NCBI GenBank assembly: GCA_963758295.1
Contig: CAVWUU010000001.1
Coordinates: 736,001 to 800,000, forward strand
Direction: 5' to 3'
DNA length: 64,000 bases
From: Candidatus Eremiobacteria bacterium
GTDB lineage: Bacteria; Vulcanimicrobiota; Vulcanimicrobiia; Vulcanimicrobiales; Vulcanimicrobiaceae
Below, in pieces: positions 27,950 to 36,809 of the stretch; position 1 is the first letter of the stretch; each line of letters opens with the position of its first letter. The notes under the pieces are model-generated. The model made no database searches. It was not told the origin of the DNA and worked only from the letters and a program-made list of their open reading frames with translations. A program made the position numbers and the translations under genes.

Positions 27950-29046
27950 GCTACTTGGAACGCCTCGAATCCGCGATCGGCGAAATTCGCGCGGAAAATC
28001 GGTACCGCACTCTTCCGATGCGTCAGCTCACGGGTGCAATCGATTTCTCTTCTAACGATTATTTAGCGCTCTCCACCGATTCGCGCGTTCTGCAGGCCTT
28101 CCGCTATGCTACGCGTGCCGGTTCCGGCGGCGCGAGGCTCCTGGGCGGCCGGCACCGCGAACACTCCTTACTTGAAGAAGAACTCGCAGCGTGGCTGGGG
28201 CGGGAGCGCGCCCTGTTGTTTTCGTCCGGGTACATGGCGGCGATGGGCGCAATTCCCGTTCTCGCTCGAACCGTAGAGGCGATTTATTCCGACGCCCTCA
28301 ATCATGCCTCACTCATCGACGGCATCCGCATGTCGCACGTGCCGCGAACAATCTATCCGCACGCAGCCCTGCCGCCGCGGGAAGAGCGCGTGCATCCGGC
28401 GCTTATCGTGACCGAGTCGATCTTCAGCATGGATGGCGACGCGGTCGATGTCGCGGCCATCTTGCGCGATCTCGGGCCGGACGATGTGCTCCTCGTCGAT
28501 GAAGCACATGCGCTGGGCGTCGTTGGGCCCGAAGGCGCCGGATCTGCTCGGACGTTGGACGATCCGCGCGTCGTAATCTTCGGGACCCTTTCGAAGTCTT
28601 TCGGGTCACAAGGCGGGTTCATCGCCGGACCGGCGGTGCTGATCGAGCTGCTGATCAACGCGGCGCGTACGTTCATCTTCGACACGGCATTACCGCCGGC
28701 CGTCGCGCTCGCGGCGCGCGTTGCACTTACGATAATGCGCAAAGATGAAGAACGGCGGCGGCAACTGCATGCCAACGTGCGACATCTGCGCAACGGATTG
28801 CGTTCCATCGGCCTTTCGGCGATCGACGATCCGTCGCCCATCGTGCCCGTCGTCCTTGGGAGCGAAGAACGCGCGATGCACGTCTCCGCCAAACTCCTGA
28901 AGCGCAAGCTGTACGCGCCGGCCGTGCGGCCGCCGACGGTGCCGCCCGGATCGTCGCGGCTGCGGTGCTCGCTGCGGTCGGACCAGATTCTCGAACAACT
29001 CGATTTGCTTGTTGCGGGGATCGCGGAATGCATCGCTACTTCATAA
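27946..29046 (+). CDS. bioF: 8-amino-7-oxononanoate synthase
   Basis: DFSSNDYL, DALNHASLIDG, ESIFSMDGD, DEAHA, GTLSKSFG, RPPTVP. Confidence 0.93.
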   Translation: MSYLERLESAIGEIRAENRYRTLPMRQLTGAIDFSSNDYLALSTDSRVLQAFRYATRAGSGGARLLGGRHREHSLLEEELAAWLGRERALLFSSGYMAAMGAIPVLARTVEAIYSDALNHASLIDGIRMSHVPRTIYPHAALPPREERVHPALIVTESIFSMDGDAVDVAAILRDLGPDDVLLVDEAHALGVVGPEGAGSARTLDDPRVVIFGTLSKSFGSQGGFIAGPAVLIELLINAARTFIFDTALPPAVALAARVALTIMRKDEERRRQLHANVRHLRNGLRSIGLSAIDDPSPIVPVVLGSEERAMHVSAKLLKRKLYAPAVRPPTVPPGSSRLRCSLRSDQILEQLDLLVAGIAECIATS

Positions 29047-29672
29047 CCGGCACGGACACCGACGTCGGAAAAACACGCGTTACGGCGGCGCTGGGTTTAG
29101 CTTTGAAGCGCGCCGGCAGATCGCCGGCAATCGTGAAGGCGGTGCAAACAGGGCTGCCGCCCGGCATAGCGGGCGACGCGGCGCGCGCGGGGAAACTCGC
29201 CGGCGTGCGGTTCGTGGAACTCGCTCGCTATGAGAAGCCGGCCGATCCGTGGTCGGCAGCGGTTGCGGGCGGACACCCGGAAGTGCACGCGCGCGATCTC
29301 GCGGACGCGATCCTCTCGGTGCCCGACGTCATCGTCGAAGGCGCGGGCGGCATCATGGTTCAGCTCAATTCGCGCGAACACTTCGGGCATCTCGCGCAGA
29401 TGGCAAAGCTCGATACGATCATCGTCGTGGGCTTGCGACTCGGCTGCTTGAACCATGCGATGCTCACGCTCTCGAAATGCCGCCAGATGGAGCTCCCGGT
29501 TGCGGGTGCGGTCCTCGTCGAGCGCTGGGGCCCAACCGATGCGGCATATCGCGAAGACGTGGCGCGCACATTGCAGGGAAAGCTGAAGATTTTTGGCATT
29601 GTGCCGTTTTCCGCAGACGAGGCAACCTCCACGGAGCAAGCTTCGCGGCTCTTTGACGACTTGGCGAGGTAA
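29028..29672 (+). CDS. bioD: Dethiobiotin synthase
   Basis: FITGTDTDVGKT, KAVQTG, VEGAGG, LGCLNH; ATG 29028. Confidence 0.93.
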   Translation: MHRYFITGTDTDVGKTRVTAALGLALKRAGRSPAIVKAVQTGLPPGIAGDAARAGKLAGVRFVELARYEKPADPWSAAVAGGHPEVHARDLADAILSVPDVIVEGAGGIMVQLNSREHFGHLAQMAKLDTIIVVGLRLGCLNHAMLTLSKCRQMELPVAGAVLVERWGPTDAAYREDVARTLQGKLKIFGIVPFSADEATSTEQASRLFDDLAR

Positions 29673-29682
29673 AGCGAACCCG

Positions 29683-30666
29683 GTGTCCCACCCGACGATC
29701 GATTTAGCGCGCGAACGCGTTCTCGAGAAAAAGCTTCCGGCCGACCGCGAGCTGCTCGAAGCACTCATGCAACTGCCGTCGAGCGACGTGCCCGACCTTT
29801 TGACGCTCGCCGATTCGGTACGCGAGGCGTACTGCGGGAACGAGATCGCCGTGGAAGTGTTGTACAACGCCAAAAAGGGCGGCTGTTCTGAAGATTGCCA
29901 CTTCTGCTCGCAGAGCGCGCGCTTTGCCAGCGACGTCGAGGCCGAGCCGTTCTCGAGCGTCGAAGGTTTTATTCAGGCTGCGCGTGACGCCCACGCCCGC
30001 GGTGCCGGTGAATTCTGTATCGTCGTTGCGGTGCGCGGTCCGTCGACAAAGCTGCTGGAACGCGTCTGCGAAGCCGTCGTCAAAATCAAGGCTGAGTTGC
30101 CGCTGACCGTTGCCGTCTCGCTCGGAATACTCACGGACGCGCAGCTAGCGCGGTTGGTGCAAGCCGGCGTCGACAAAGTCAACCACAACCTCGAAACATC
30201 GCGCCGGTATTTCCCGTCCGTGTGCACAACGCACACGTTCGACGAACGTTGGGAGACGTTGCAGCTCGTTCGTAAGCACGGCTTGGAGATCTGCTGCGGC
30301 GGCATCATCGGCATGGGCGAAACCAACGATGACCGCATCGATTTCCTATGCACGCTGCAAATGCTCGAGCCGGCCGAAGTGCCTATCAACTTTCTCAATC
30401 CGCGTCCCGGCACGCCGTTCCAGGATTGCTCGCTCGTGGAACCGGTCGAAGCGTTGCGCTTCGTAGCGATGGCGCGGTTGGCCATGCCCGAAGCGCTCGT
30501 GCGTTTCGCGGGCGGCCGTGAGATCACGCTGCAAGGTCTGCAAGACCTTGGAATGCGCAGCGGCGCGAGCGGAATCGTGCTTGGAAATTACTTAACGACC
30601 AACGGCCGCGTTGACGAAGACGATTTCGCGATGCTGAACCGCCTGGGCTTCGAAGTGATGGCGTAG
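29683..30666 (+). CDS. bioB: Biotin synthase (radical SAM)
   Basis: CSEDCHFCSQS, NHNLETS, CCGGIIGMGE, VPINFL, GNYLTT; GTG 29683. Confidence 0.95.
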   Translation: MSHPTIDLARERVLEKKLPADRELLEALMQLPSSDVPDLLTLADSVREAYCGNEIAVEVLYNAKKGGCSEDCHFCSQSARFASDVEAEPFSSVEGFIQAARDAHARGAGEFCIVVAVRGPSTKLLERVCEAVVKIKAELPLTVAVSLGILTDAQLARLVQAGVDKVNHNLETSRRYFPSVCTTHTFDERWETLQLVRKHGLEICCGGIIGMGETNDDRIDFLCTLQMLEPAEVPINFLNPRPGTPFQDCSLVEPVEALRFVAMARLAMPEALVRFAGGREITLQGLQDLGMRSGASGIVLGNYLTTNGRVDEDDFAMLNRLGFEVMA

Positions 30667-30680
30667 CCGCAGTAAAGCTC

Positions 30681-32162
30681 GTGGACCAATCTAAAACGCC
30701 CTATTTCTCGGCGCTGCTCGAGTACGTCGACTCGGGCGTGCAGCCGTTTCATACTCCCGGCCACATGCAAGGCCACGGCGCCGACCGCGCGTTCCGTGAA
30801 TTCGTCGGCGACAACATCCTTGCGATCGATCTAACGCCGATGCCGGGCATCGACGACCTCTTGCAGCCGATGGAGTCCATAAAAGAAGCGCAAGAGCTTG
30901 CGGCCGAAGCCTACGGCGCCGATCGCACGTTCTTTTTGGTGAACGGGTCGACCAGCGGCAATCAATGCATGATGATGACCGCGGTCAATCCCGGCGAGAA
31001 GATCGCCGTGCCGCGCAATTCTCATAAATCGATGCTTGGCGGTCTTGTCATGAGCGGCGCGCACCCGATCTACATGCAGCCGGCCGTCGATCAAGAGATG
31101 CACATGGACAACAGCGTCACGCCGGAGATCGTCGCGCGCACGCTGGAAGAGCATCCGGATCTCAAAGCTATGTATATCGTTTCGCCCACGTATTATGGCG
31201 TCGCGGCGGATCTCGTCGCGATCGAACGCATCGTCCACGACGCCGGAAAGCTCTTACTGGTCGACGAGGCGTGGGGACCGCATTTCCACTTCCATCCGGC
31301 CCTCCCGATTTCTGCGACGGCGGCGGGCGCAGATATGTGCATTAACTCGACCCATAAAATGCTTTCGGCCTTTTCGCAATGCGCGATGCTCCATCAAATC
31401 GGCGATCGCGTCCGGGTCGACCGGTTGAAAGCCGTCCTCAAGATGTTTCTTTCGACGTCGCCGAATTTGCCGATGGTCGCATCGCTGGACGTCGCGCGCA
31501 TGCAGATGGCCACCGACGGTGCGGCGTTGCTTTCGAAAACGATCGATCTCGCCGAAGAAGTCCGGCGTCGCTTGAATGACGTCGAAGGCGTGTACTGTTT
31601 CGGCGAAGAGCTGCAAGGGCGCGAAGGCGTCTTCGATCTCGATCCCACCAAAGTGACGGTTCGCGTTAGCGGCTTGGGATACACGGGGTACGAAGCCTCC
31701 GACATTCTGCGCCGCCGTTACAACATCCAAGTAGAACTTGCCGATTTGTTCAACGTCGTTGCGCTCTTTACGATCGGCACAACGCGTGACGCCGCCGAAC
31801 GTTTCGTCACCGCGTTCGAAGAGCTGGCGCGTGACGATCGGCCCGTCGATATGTTTGCGCCGTCGGGCATTCTGGAACAACGATTGAATCGCGGCACTTA
31901 CCATCTCCCGGCGATTCCGCCGATGCGCATGCTTCCACGCGACGCGTTTCTCGCCGACACAGAATTCGTGCCGTTCAAAGATTCGGCCGGACGCATTTGC
32001 GCCGAGACGATCTCACCCTATCCGCCCGGCATCCCCGTCATCTCGCCCGGCGAAGAAATAATGGAAGACCTTATCGACTACTTGCGTTTAGAACTTAAGG
32101 CCGGCGTACGAATTCAGGGTCCGTACGACGACGAACTGAAGATTATTCGCGTCGTTAAATAA
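30681..32162 (+). CDS. Orn/Lys/Arg decarboxylase (wing-less, Bacillus SpeA/YaaO type)
   Basis: FHTPGH, FLVNGST, PRNSHKS, VDEAWG, STHK (PLP lysine), PYPPGIP. Confidence 0.9.
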   Translation: MDQSKTPYFSALLEYVDSGVQPFHTPGHMQGHGADRAFREFVGDNILAIDLTPMPGIDDLLQPMESIKEAQELAAEAYGADRTFFLVNGSTSGNQCMMMTAVNPGEKIAVPRNSHKSMLGGLVMSGAHPIYMQPAVDQEMHMDNSVTPEIVARTLEEHPDLKAMYIVSPTYYGVAADLVAIERIVHDAGKLLLVDEAWGPHFHFHPALPISATAAGADMCINSTHKMLSAFSQCAMLHQIGDRVRVDRLKAVLKMFLSTSPNLPMVASLDVARMQMATDGAALLSKTIDLAEEVRRRLNDVEGVYCFGEELQGREGVFDLDPTKVTVRVSGLGYTGYEASDILRRRYNIQVELADLFNVVALFTIGTTRDAAERFVTAFEELARDDRPVDMFAPSGILEQRLNRGTYHLPAIPPMRMLPRDAFLADTEFVPFKDSAGRICAETISPYPPGIPVISPGEEIMEDLIDYLRLELKAGVRIQGPYDDELKIIRVVK

Positions 32163-32272
32163 CCTTAACGCAGAACGAAACAGATTAGGGCAGAAGAACC
32201 AACGGTCCGGAAGGTTAGCGCTCCGCCAATGGGTAAAACTTACAAAACTCCCTTGGAAGCGAGGGTCATTAG

Positions 32273-33817
32273 TTGGCGGTCAAAGCGCAATCGATCTCCC
32301 CGAGTTGGGAGCTCTCCCAACTTCTCGATATCTTCCCCCTGCCGATCCGGCAATCGCTCGTCCGTCTCCCAAATCTCGAAGACATCATCGAAGTCGTGCT
32401 CGACCTCGGGCGTCCGCCCGAAGCTCGATTTGCGGCTGATTTTCGTTATCTCTCCGAGACGCCGGTAACGAACGAAGATATTGCACACGTTTGCTCGCGC
32501 ATCTCACCTTTTGGTGCAGACAATCGCGCCGGCATCGAGCAAACATTGCATCGAATCAGCGCGATAAGAAACCGGCAAGGCAAAATCGTCGGCCTTACCT
32601 GTCGTGTCGGCCGTGCCGTGTACGGCACGATCGACATTTTATTAGACGTCTTGCGAAGCGGAAAGTCGATTTGTTTGCTCGGGCGGCCGGGCGTCGGCAA
32701 AACGACGATGTTGCGCGAATGCGCGCGCATTCTCTCCGAAGACCGCAAGCGCGTCGTTATCGTTGATACGTCGAACGAAATCGCCGGCGACAGCGATATC
32801 CCGCATCCCGGCATCGGTCTGGCACGCCGAATGCAAGTTGCCGATCCGGCTTTACAGCACGCGGTCATGATCGAAGCGGTCGAAAACCACATGCCCGAGG
32901 TCGTCGTCATCGACGAAATCGGAACCGAAGCCGAATCCGGTGCGGCGCGTACGATTGCCGAACGCGGCGTAACGTTGATCGGCACGGCTCACGGACAAAC
33001 CCTCGAGAATCTTTTGATGAATCCGACGCTCTCGGATCTCGTCGGCGGCATCAGCGCCGTAACGCTCTCGGACGAGGAAGCGCGCCGTCGCGGCACGCGG
33101 AAAACCGTTCTCGAGCGTAAAGCGCCGCCAACCTTCGACGTGGTCGTCGAGATTCAGGATCGCGACCGTCTCGCGATTCACAAGAACGTGGCCGAAGTCA
33201 TCGATGCGCTCTTGCGCGGCTATCAGCCGCAGCCGGAGATCCGGCAGCGCACGGCGAGCGGCGACGTGGCCATCGTGCAAGAAGCGGACGCGGAATCGAT
33301 GCCGCAGCTTGCCGAAAGCTACGATCACCACCGCGACGCGCACGACGAAGAACGCGACAAACCGGTGATGCTCTTTCCGTACGGCGTCTCACGGAACAAG
33401 ATCGAGCGCGCCGTGCACAATCTGCGAGTCAACGCGTCAATAGCGCGCACGTGGGACGAAGCCGACGTGGTGCTCACGCTGAAGACTCTCGAGCGCAAAG
33501 GGCAACCGAAGCTCAAGCAGATCGCCTCCGATAACGTTCCAATCTACGCGATCAAGACGAACACGACGACGCAGATTCAAACGGCCCTGCGGGACGTCTT
33601 CAATCTCGGCTCCATCGATCACGAAGAAGTGGCGTTGCGAGAAGCGGAAGAAGCCGTCTATCAAGTGCTTTTGACGAATCAGGCGATAGAGCTGTCTCCG
33701 CAAACGTCGTACATGCGGCGAATGCAGCATCAGCTCGCGGAAAAGTACCGGCTGCAATCTCGAAGCACCGGATTGGAGCCGAACCGAAGGGTTCGAATCT
33801 TCAAGCTTCCGGAGTAA
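32273..33817 (+). CDS. Ycf45/SpoIIIAA-like AAA ATPase with C-terminal R3H domain
   Basis: LDLGRPPEAR, GRPGVGKTT, DTSNEIAGD, DEIG, RRMQHQLAE. Confidence 0.9.
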   Translation: MAVKAQSISPSWELSQLLDIFPLPIRQSLVRLPNLEDIIEVVLDLGRPPEARFAADFRYLSETPVTNEDIAHVCSRISPFGADNRAGIEQTLHRISAIRNRQGKIVGLTCRVGRAVYGTIDILLDVLRSGKSICLLGRPGVGKTTMLRECARILSEDRKRVVIVDTSNEIAGDSDIPHPGIGLARRMQVADPALQHAVMIEAVENHMPEVVVIDEIGTEAESGAARTIAERGVTLIGTAHGQTLENLLMNPTLSDLVGGISAVTLSDEEARRRGTRKTVLERKAPPTFDVVVEIQDRDRLAIHKNVAEVIDALLRGYQPQPEIRQRTASGDVAIVQEADAESMPQLAESYDHHRDAHDEERDKPVMLFPYGVSRNKIERAVHNLRVNASIARTWDEADVVLTLKTLERKGQPKLKQIASDNVPIYAIKTNTTTQIQTALRDVFNLGSIDHEEVALREAEEAVYQVLLTNQAIELSPQTSYMRRMQHQLAEKYRLQSRSTGLEPNRRVRIFKLPE

Positions 33818-33833
33818 GGAAATGGACGGAAGG

Positions 33834-33864
33834 CGGGGTTTGCGTAAACGCGAACCCCGTTTTT
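33834..33864 (+). terminator. Intrinsic terminator after the AAA-R3H gene
   Basis: CGGGGTTTGCG-TAAA-CGCGAACCCCG followed by TTTTT. Confidence 0.7.
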
Positions 33865-33865
33865 C

Positions 33866-34645
33866 ATGTGTACGCGCGCAGGTTTTCTCACGGGCGTTGC
33901 GGTTCTGGCAGTCGCGCCCGCCGCCGTCGCCGCTAAAACGCATTCGCCGCAGTTTCTGGAACTGGCGATACCCGGCATGCGTCAAATCGACGACAGCACC
34001 TGGGTCGGGCAGCTATCGCCGCACGTATGGATACACACGACGACGCACGATCTCGACGGTGCGGGCTATTATCCCGCAAACGGGATCATCGTCGAAAATG
34101 CGCGCGACTCGCTCATGATCGACACCGGCTGGGAGCCGCCGCAAACCGAATCGTTGTTGAAGTTCTGGCGTGACGTCCGCAGAAAGCCGCTATCGAGCGC
34201 CTTCGTCACGCACTTCCACGCCGATCGCCTCGCGGGCGTAGACGTTCTTGCATCGCACGGAATCGTTTCGCATGCGCTGCCCGAGACGGTAGAGCTGGCC
34301 GCGGCACATCATTTCCCCGTTCCGAAACCGTATCCGGGCCTCGAAACGCAGGCGAAAGCGCTTCCCGGCGCGGTTGCATTCTTTCCAGGCGCCGGGCACA
34401 CCAAAGACAACGTCGTAGTCTACGTCCCGGGAGATCGCGTTCTTTTCGGAGGCTGTCTCATCAAAGCCGTGACCGCCGCCGATTTGGGGAATCTTGCCGA
34501 TGCCGTCGTCGCCGACTACGCGAGGAGCGTGGAGAACGTGCGCAACCGTTACGGAAGCGCGCGCTACGTCATTCCCGGGCACGGCACGCTTCGCGGTGAT
34601 AGCATCGGACACACGATTGCCATGGCCAGGGCAGGAGCGAAATGA
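33866..34645 (+). CDS. Subclass B1 metallo-beta-lactamase, exported
   Basis: ANG...IDTGW, THFHADR, PGAGHTKDN, FGGCLIK, LGNLADA, PGHG; N-terminal signal peptide. Confidence 0.88.
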   Translation: MCTRAGFLTGVAVLAVAPAAVAAKTHSPQFLELAIPGMRQIDDSTWVGQLSPHVWIHTTTHDLDGAGYYPANGIIVENARDSLMIDTGWEPPQTESLLKFWRDVRRKPLSSAFVTHFHADRLAGVDVLASHGIVSHALPETVELAAAHHFPVPKPYPGLETQAKALPGAVAFFPGAGHTKDNVVVYVPGDRVLFGGCLIKAVTAADLGNLADAVVADYARSVENVRNRYGSARYVIPGHGTLRGDSIGHTIAMARAGAK

Positions 34646-34873
34646 ACGATCGCTTGTTCCGATTCGATTTTCTGGTGGCCAGGAGCCTGCGGCTGGCAAT
34701 TGAGACGCGAGAAAACCGAGGATGACCAAGACGAGGACGGGCGGAGGGCTGTACCGGGCTCGGCCAGGAGCAAAGCATGGGGGCACCTCTTTGCTTATGA
34801 TCCAACGCCATGCCGGTAAAAAATAATTCGGTAAGCAAGCACCGAGTCCGAAGGGGAACATTAGAGTTTCATG

Positions 34874-34986
34874 AAAAGGGATTGCGTCGGTTGCCAGCGC
34901 GCTCGGCTTGACGTCCTAGGATCGAAGCCGAGTTATCCCACTAACGACAAGAACGCCGCCCCCTAACCGGGGCGGTTTCTTATTTT
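34874..34986 (+). ncRNA. Candidate small structured RNA or attenuator upstream of tmk (family unknown)
   Basis: Three-way junction: GGGAT/ATCCC closing stem, GCGTCGG/CCAGCGC, CTCGGCTT/AAGCCGAG; then a terminator. TAGAGT -10-like box at 34862-34867. Confidence 0.35.
34956..34986 (+). terminator. Intrinsic terminator just upstream of tmk
   Basis: CCGCCCC-CTAACC-GGGGCGG followed by TTTCTTATTTT. Confidence 0.75.
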
Positions 34987-35008
34987 GTATCACGAAAGAG
35001 CGCGAGTC

Positions 35009-35620
35009 ATGTTCGTCTCCGTCGAGGGCATCGAAGGCTGCGGCAAAAGCACTCTTCTTTCAGGCCTTGCCGAACGATTGCGTTCCCAAGGCCGCGAGAT
35101 TTTCGTAACTCGTGAGCCTGGCGGATCGCCGGTCGGCGACGCGGTGCGCCGCATTTTTCTGGAACCCGGGTTGGCGCCCGCGCCGCTAACTGAAGCCCTT
35201 CTGATCAACGCCGCGCGCGCGCAGCACGTCGTCGAAGCAATTGGGCCCGCGTTACGGCGCGGTGCGATCGTCCTCTGCGATCGCTTCGTGGATTCGACGC
35301 TCGCCTATCAAGGTTATGGACGCGGTATCGATCTGCAGTTACTGCGCACCCAGTGTGACGTTGCGACGGGCGGCTTGAACCCGGACATCACGTTCGTCCT
35401 CGACGTCCCCGTAGCGGTTTCGCGCGAACGCGTCGCGGCACGCAAAGGCGCGATCGACCGCATGGAATCCGAGGACGATGCTTTTCATCAACGCGCACGA
35501 GACGGATTTTTGCAACTTGCGCAAACGCATCCGCGTTACCGCGTTTTCGATGCAACGAAGCCGCCCGGAGAATTGATCGTGCAAGCCTTTGAGGCGCTTT
35601 CGCAGGCGGGCGTGAAGTGA
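35009..35620 (+). CDS. tmk: Thymidylate kinase
   Basis: EGIEGCGKST, TREPGG, CDRFVDSTLAYQGYGRG. Confidence 0.96.
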   Translation: MFVSVEGIEGCGKSTLLSGLAERLRSQGREIFVTREPGGSPVGDAVRRIFLEPGLAPAPLTEALLINAARAQHVVEAIGPALRRGAIVLCDRFVDSTLAYQGYGRGIDLQLLRTQCDVATGGLNPDITFVLDVPVAVSRERVAARKGAIDRMESEDDAFHQRARDGFLQLAQTHPRYRVFDATKPPGELIVQAFEALSQAGVK

Positions 35621-36636
35621 GCGCACTGCACTTTGACGTCATTGGCGCGGACGGCCCGAAAACGTACTTCGGGCGTTTGCAACCCGGCGAACTGGCGCAT
35701 GCGTACCTTTTTTCCGGACCCTCCGGCGTCGGCAAGAAGACGTTTGCAAAACGACTTGCGCAATCGCTGTTATGCGAGGCGCCGAAGTCGACGGTGCTTG
35801 GTTACGACGGCACGTGCAATGCGTGCCGGTTGTTTACGGCGTCCGAGTCGGCGCGCCATCCGGATTTCTTAGAGCATGCCGGTGCGCTAAAAATCGGCGA
35901 TAGCGATTCGGCGATGGGGTTTTACGAAGGCGAGGCCCTTACCGCGCGTGACTTGGTGCGCCAGCTTTCCATGCAATCGTACTCGGGCGGCATGCGCGTG
36001 TTGCTTTTGGGCGACGTCGATTTTGCTTCGCCGGCAGCCGCGAATGCACTGTTGAAGTTTTTCGAGGAGCCGCCAAGCGGAGTCGTGCTCTTGTTGACCA
36101 CCCCAACGCCGGGGAGATTGCTGACGACGATCCGCTCGCGCTTGATCGAGCTCCGCTTTCCGGCGCTTTCGCATGCGCAAGTACACGACATACTGTTGCG
36201 CATGGGATACGAAGAACCGCAGGCCGAGCTTGGGGCGTCCCTCGGACAGGGCAGCGTCACGCGTGCCGTGGCATCGCTCGAGGGTGAAGAGGAATCGTTG
36301 CGGGCTCAAGTCGCGGAATGGTTCTTCAAAGTCGTTGCCGGCGAGTCTCCTCAAGAAGGCTGGGCATCGCGAGACTCGCTCGATGAAGGGCTCGAGGTTC
36401 TGAAGTCGCTCGTGCGCGACTGGGTCGCGCTGAGCGCCGCCGGTGACGGCGTCTCAATCGCGGCCGTTGATTACTCCGAGGGGTTGCGCGAACTGCCGAA
36501 GGTGCCGGCCGCTGCAGCGATCGGCATGATCGCGAAGATCGACGACGCGCAGCGGCTGGCACGAACCAACGTGAGTCCAGCGATGGTGAGCGACATCGTG
36601 CGCATGGCGCTAACCGGACAGGCTCGTAACGGCTAA
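35617..36636 (+). CDS. holB: DNA polymerase III delta-prime subunit
   Basis: HAYLFSGPSGVGK, CNAC, HPDF, AANALLKFFEEPP, TIRSR; tmk-holB synteny. Confidence 0.9.
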   Translation: MSALHFDVIGADGPKTYFGRLQPGELAHAYLFSGPSGVGKKTFAKRLAQSLLCEAPKSTVLGYDGTCNACRLFTASESARHPDFLEHAGALKIGDSDSAMGFYEGEALTARDLVRQLSMQSYSGGMRVLLLGDVDFASPAAANALLKFFEEPPSGVVLLLTTPTPGRLLTTIRSRLIELRFPALSHAQVHDILLRMGYEEPQAELGASLGQGSVTRAVASLEGEEESLRAQVAEWFFKVVAGESPQEGWASRDSLDEGLEVLKSLVRDWVALSAAGDGVSIAAVDYSEGLRELPKVPAAAAIGMIAKIDDAQRLARTNVSPAMVSDIVRMALTGQARNG

Positions 36637-36640
36637 GGCG

Positions 36641-36764
36641 GAGCGGAAGGCCACGAGTCACGAGCGCGGGATTGCCATGGGACGCATCGTATGCGGTCTT
36701 GCGGCCGCGACCGTACGCGCCGCTACGGTGCGCGTTCTATGCTTTAGCGATGAAGGATCCGCTC
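36641..36764 (+). ncRNA. Candidate structured RNA (long irregular hairpin) between holB and a convergent gene
   Basis: Four nested helices found by eye, with G-U pairs favouring the plus strand (details in findings). Confidence 0.3.
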
Positions 36765-36809
36765 TAGGACCCCATCGGGTAAGCTGCGAGCGGCTAAGCT
36801 CGTCTAGCT

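Noticed and set aside
32200..32222. SRP RNA-like GGTCCGGAAGG segment
   Set aside because: Lacks the flanking CAGG and AGCA internal-loop bases and the long enclosing stem; probably promoter-region sequence.
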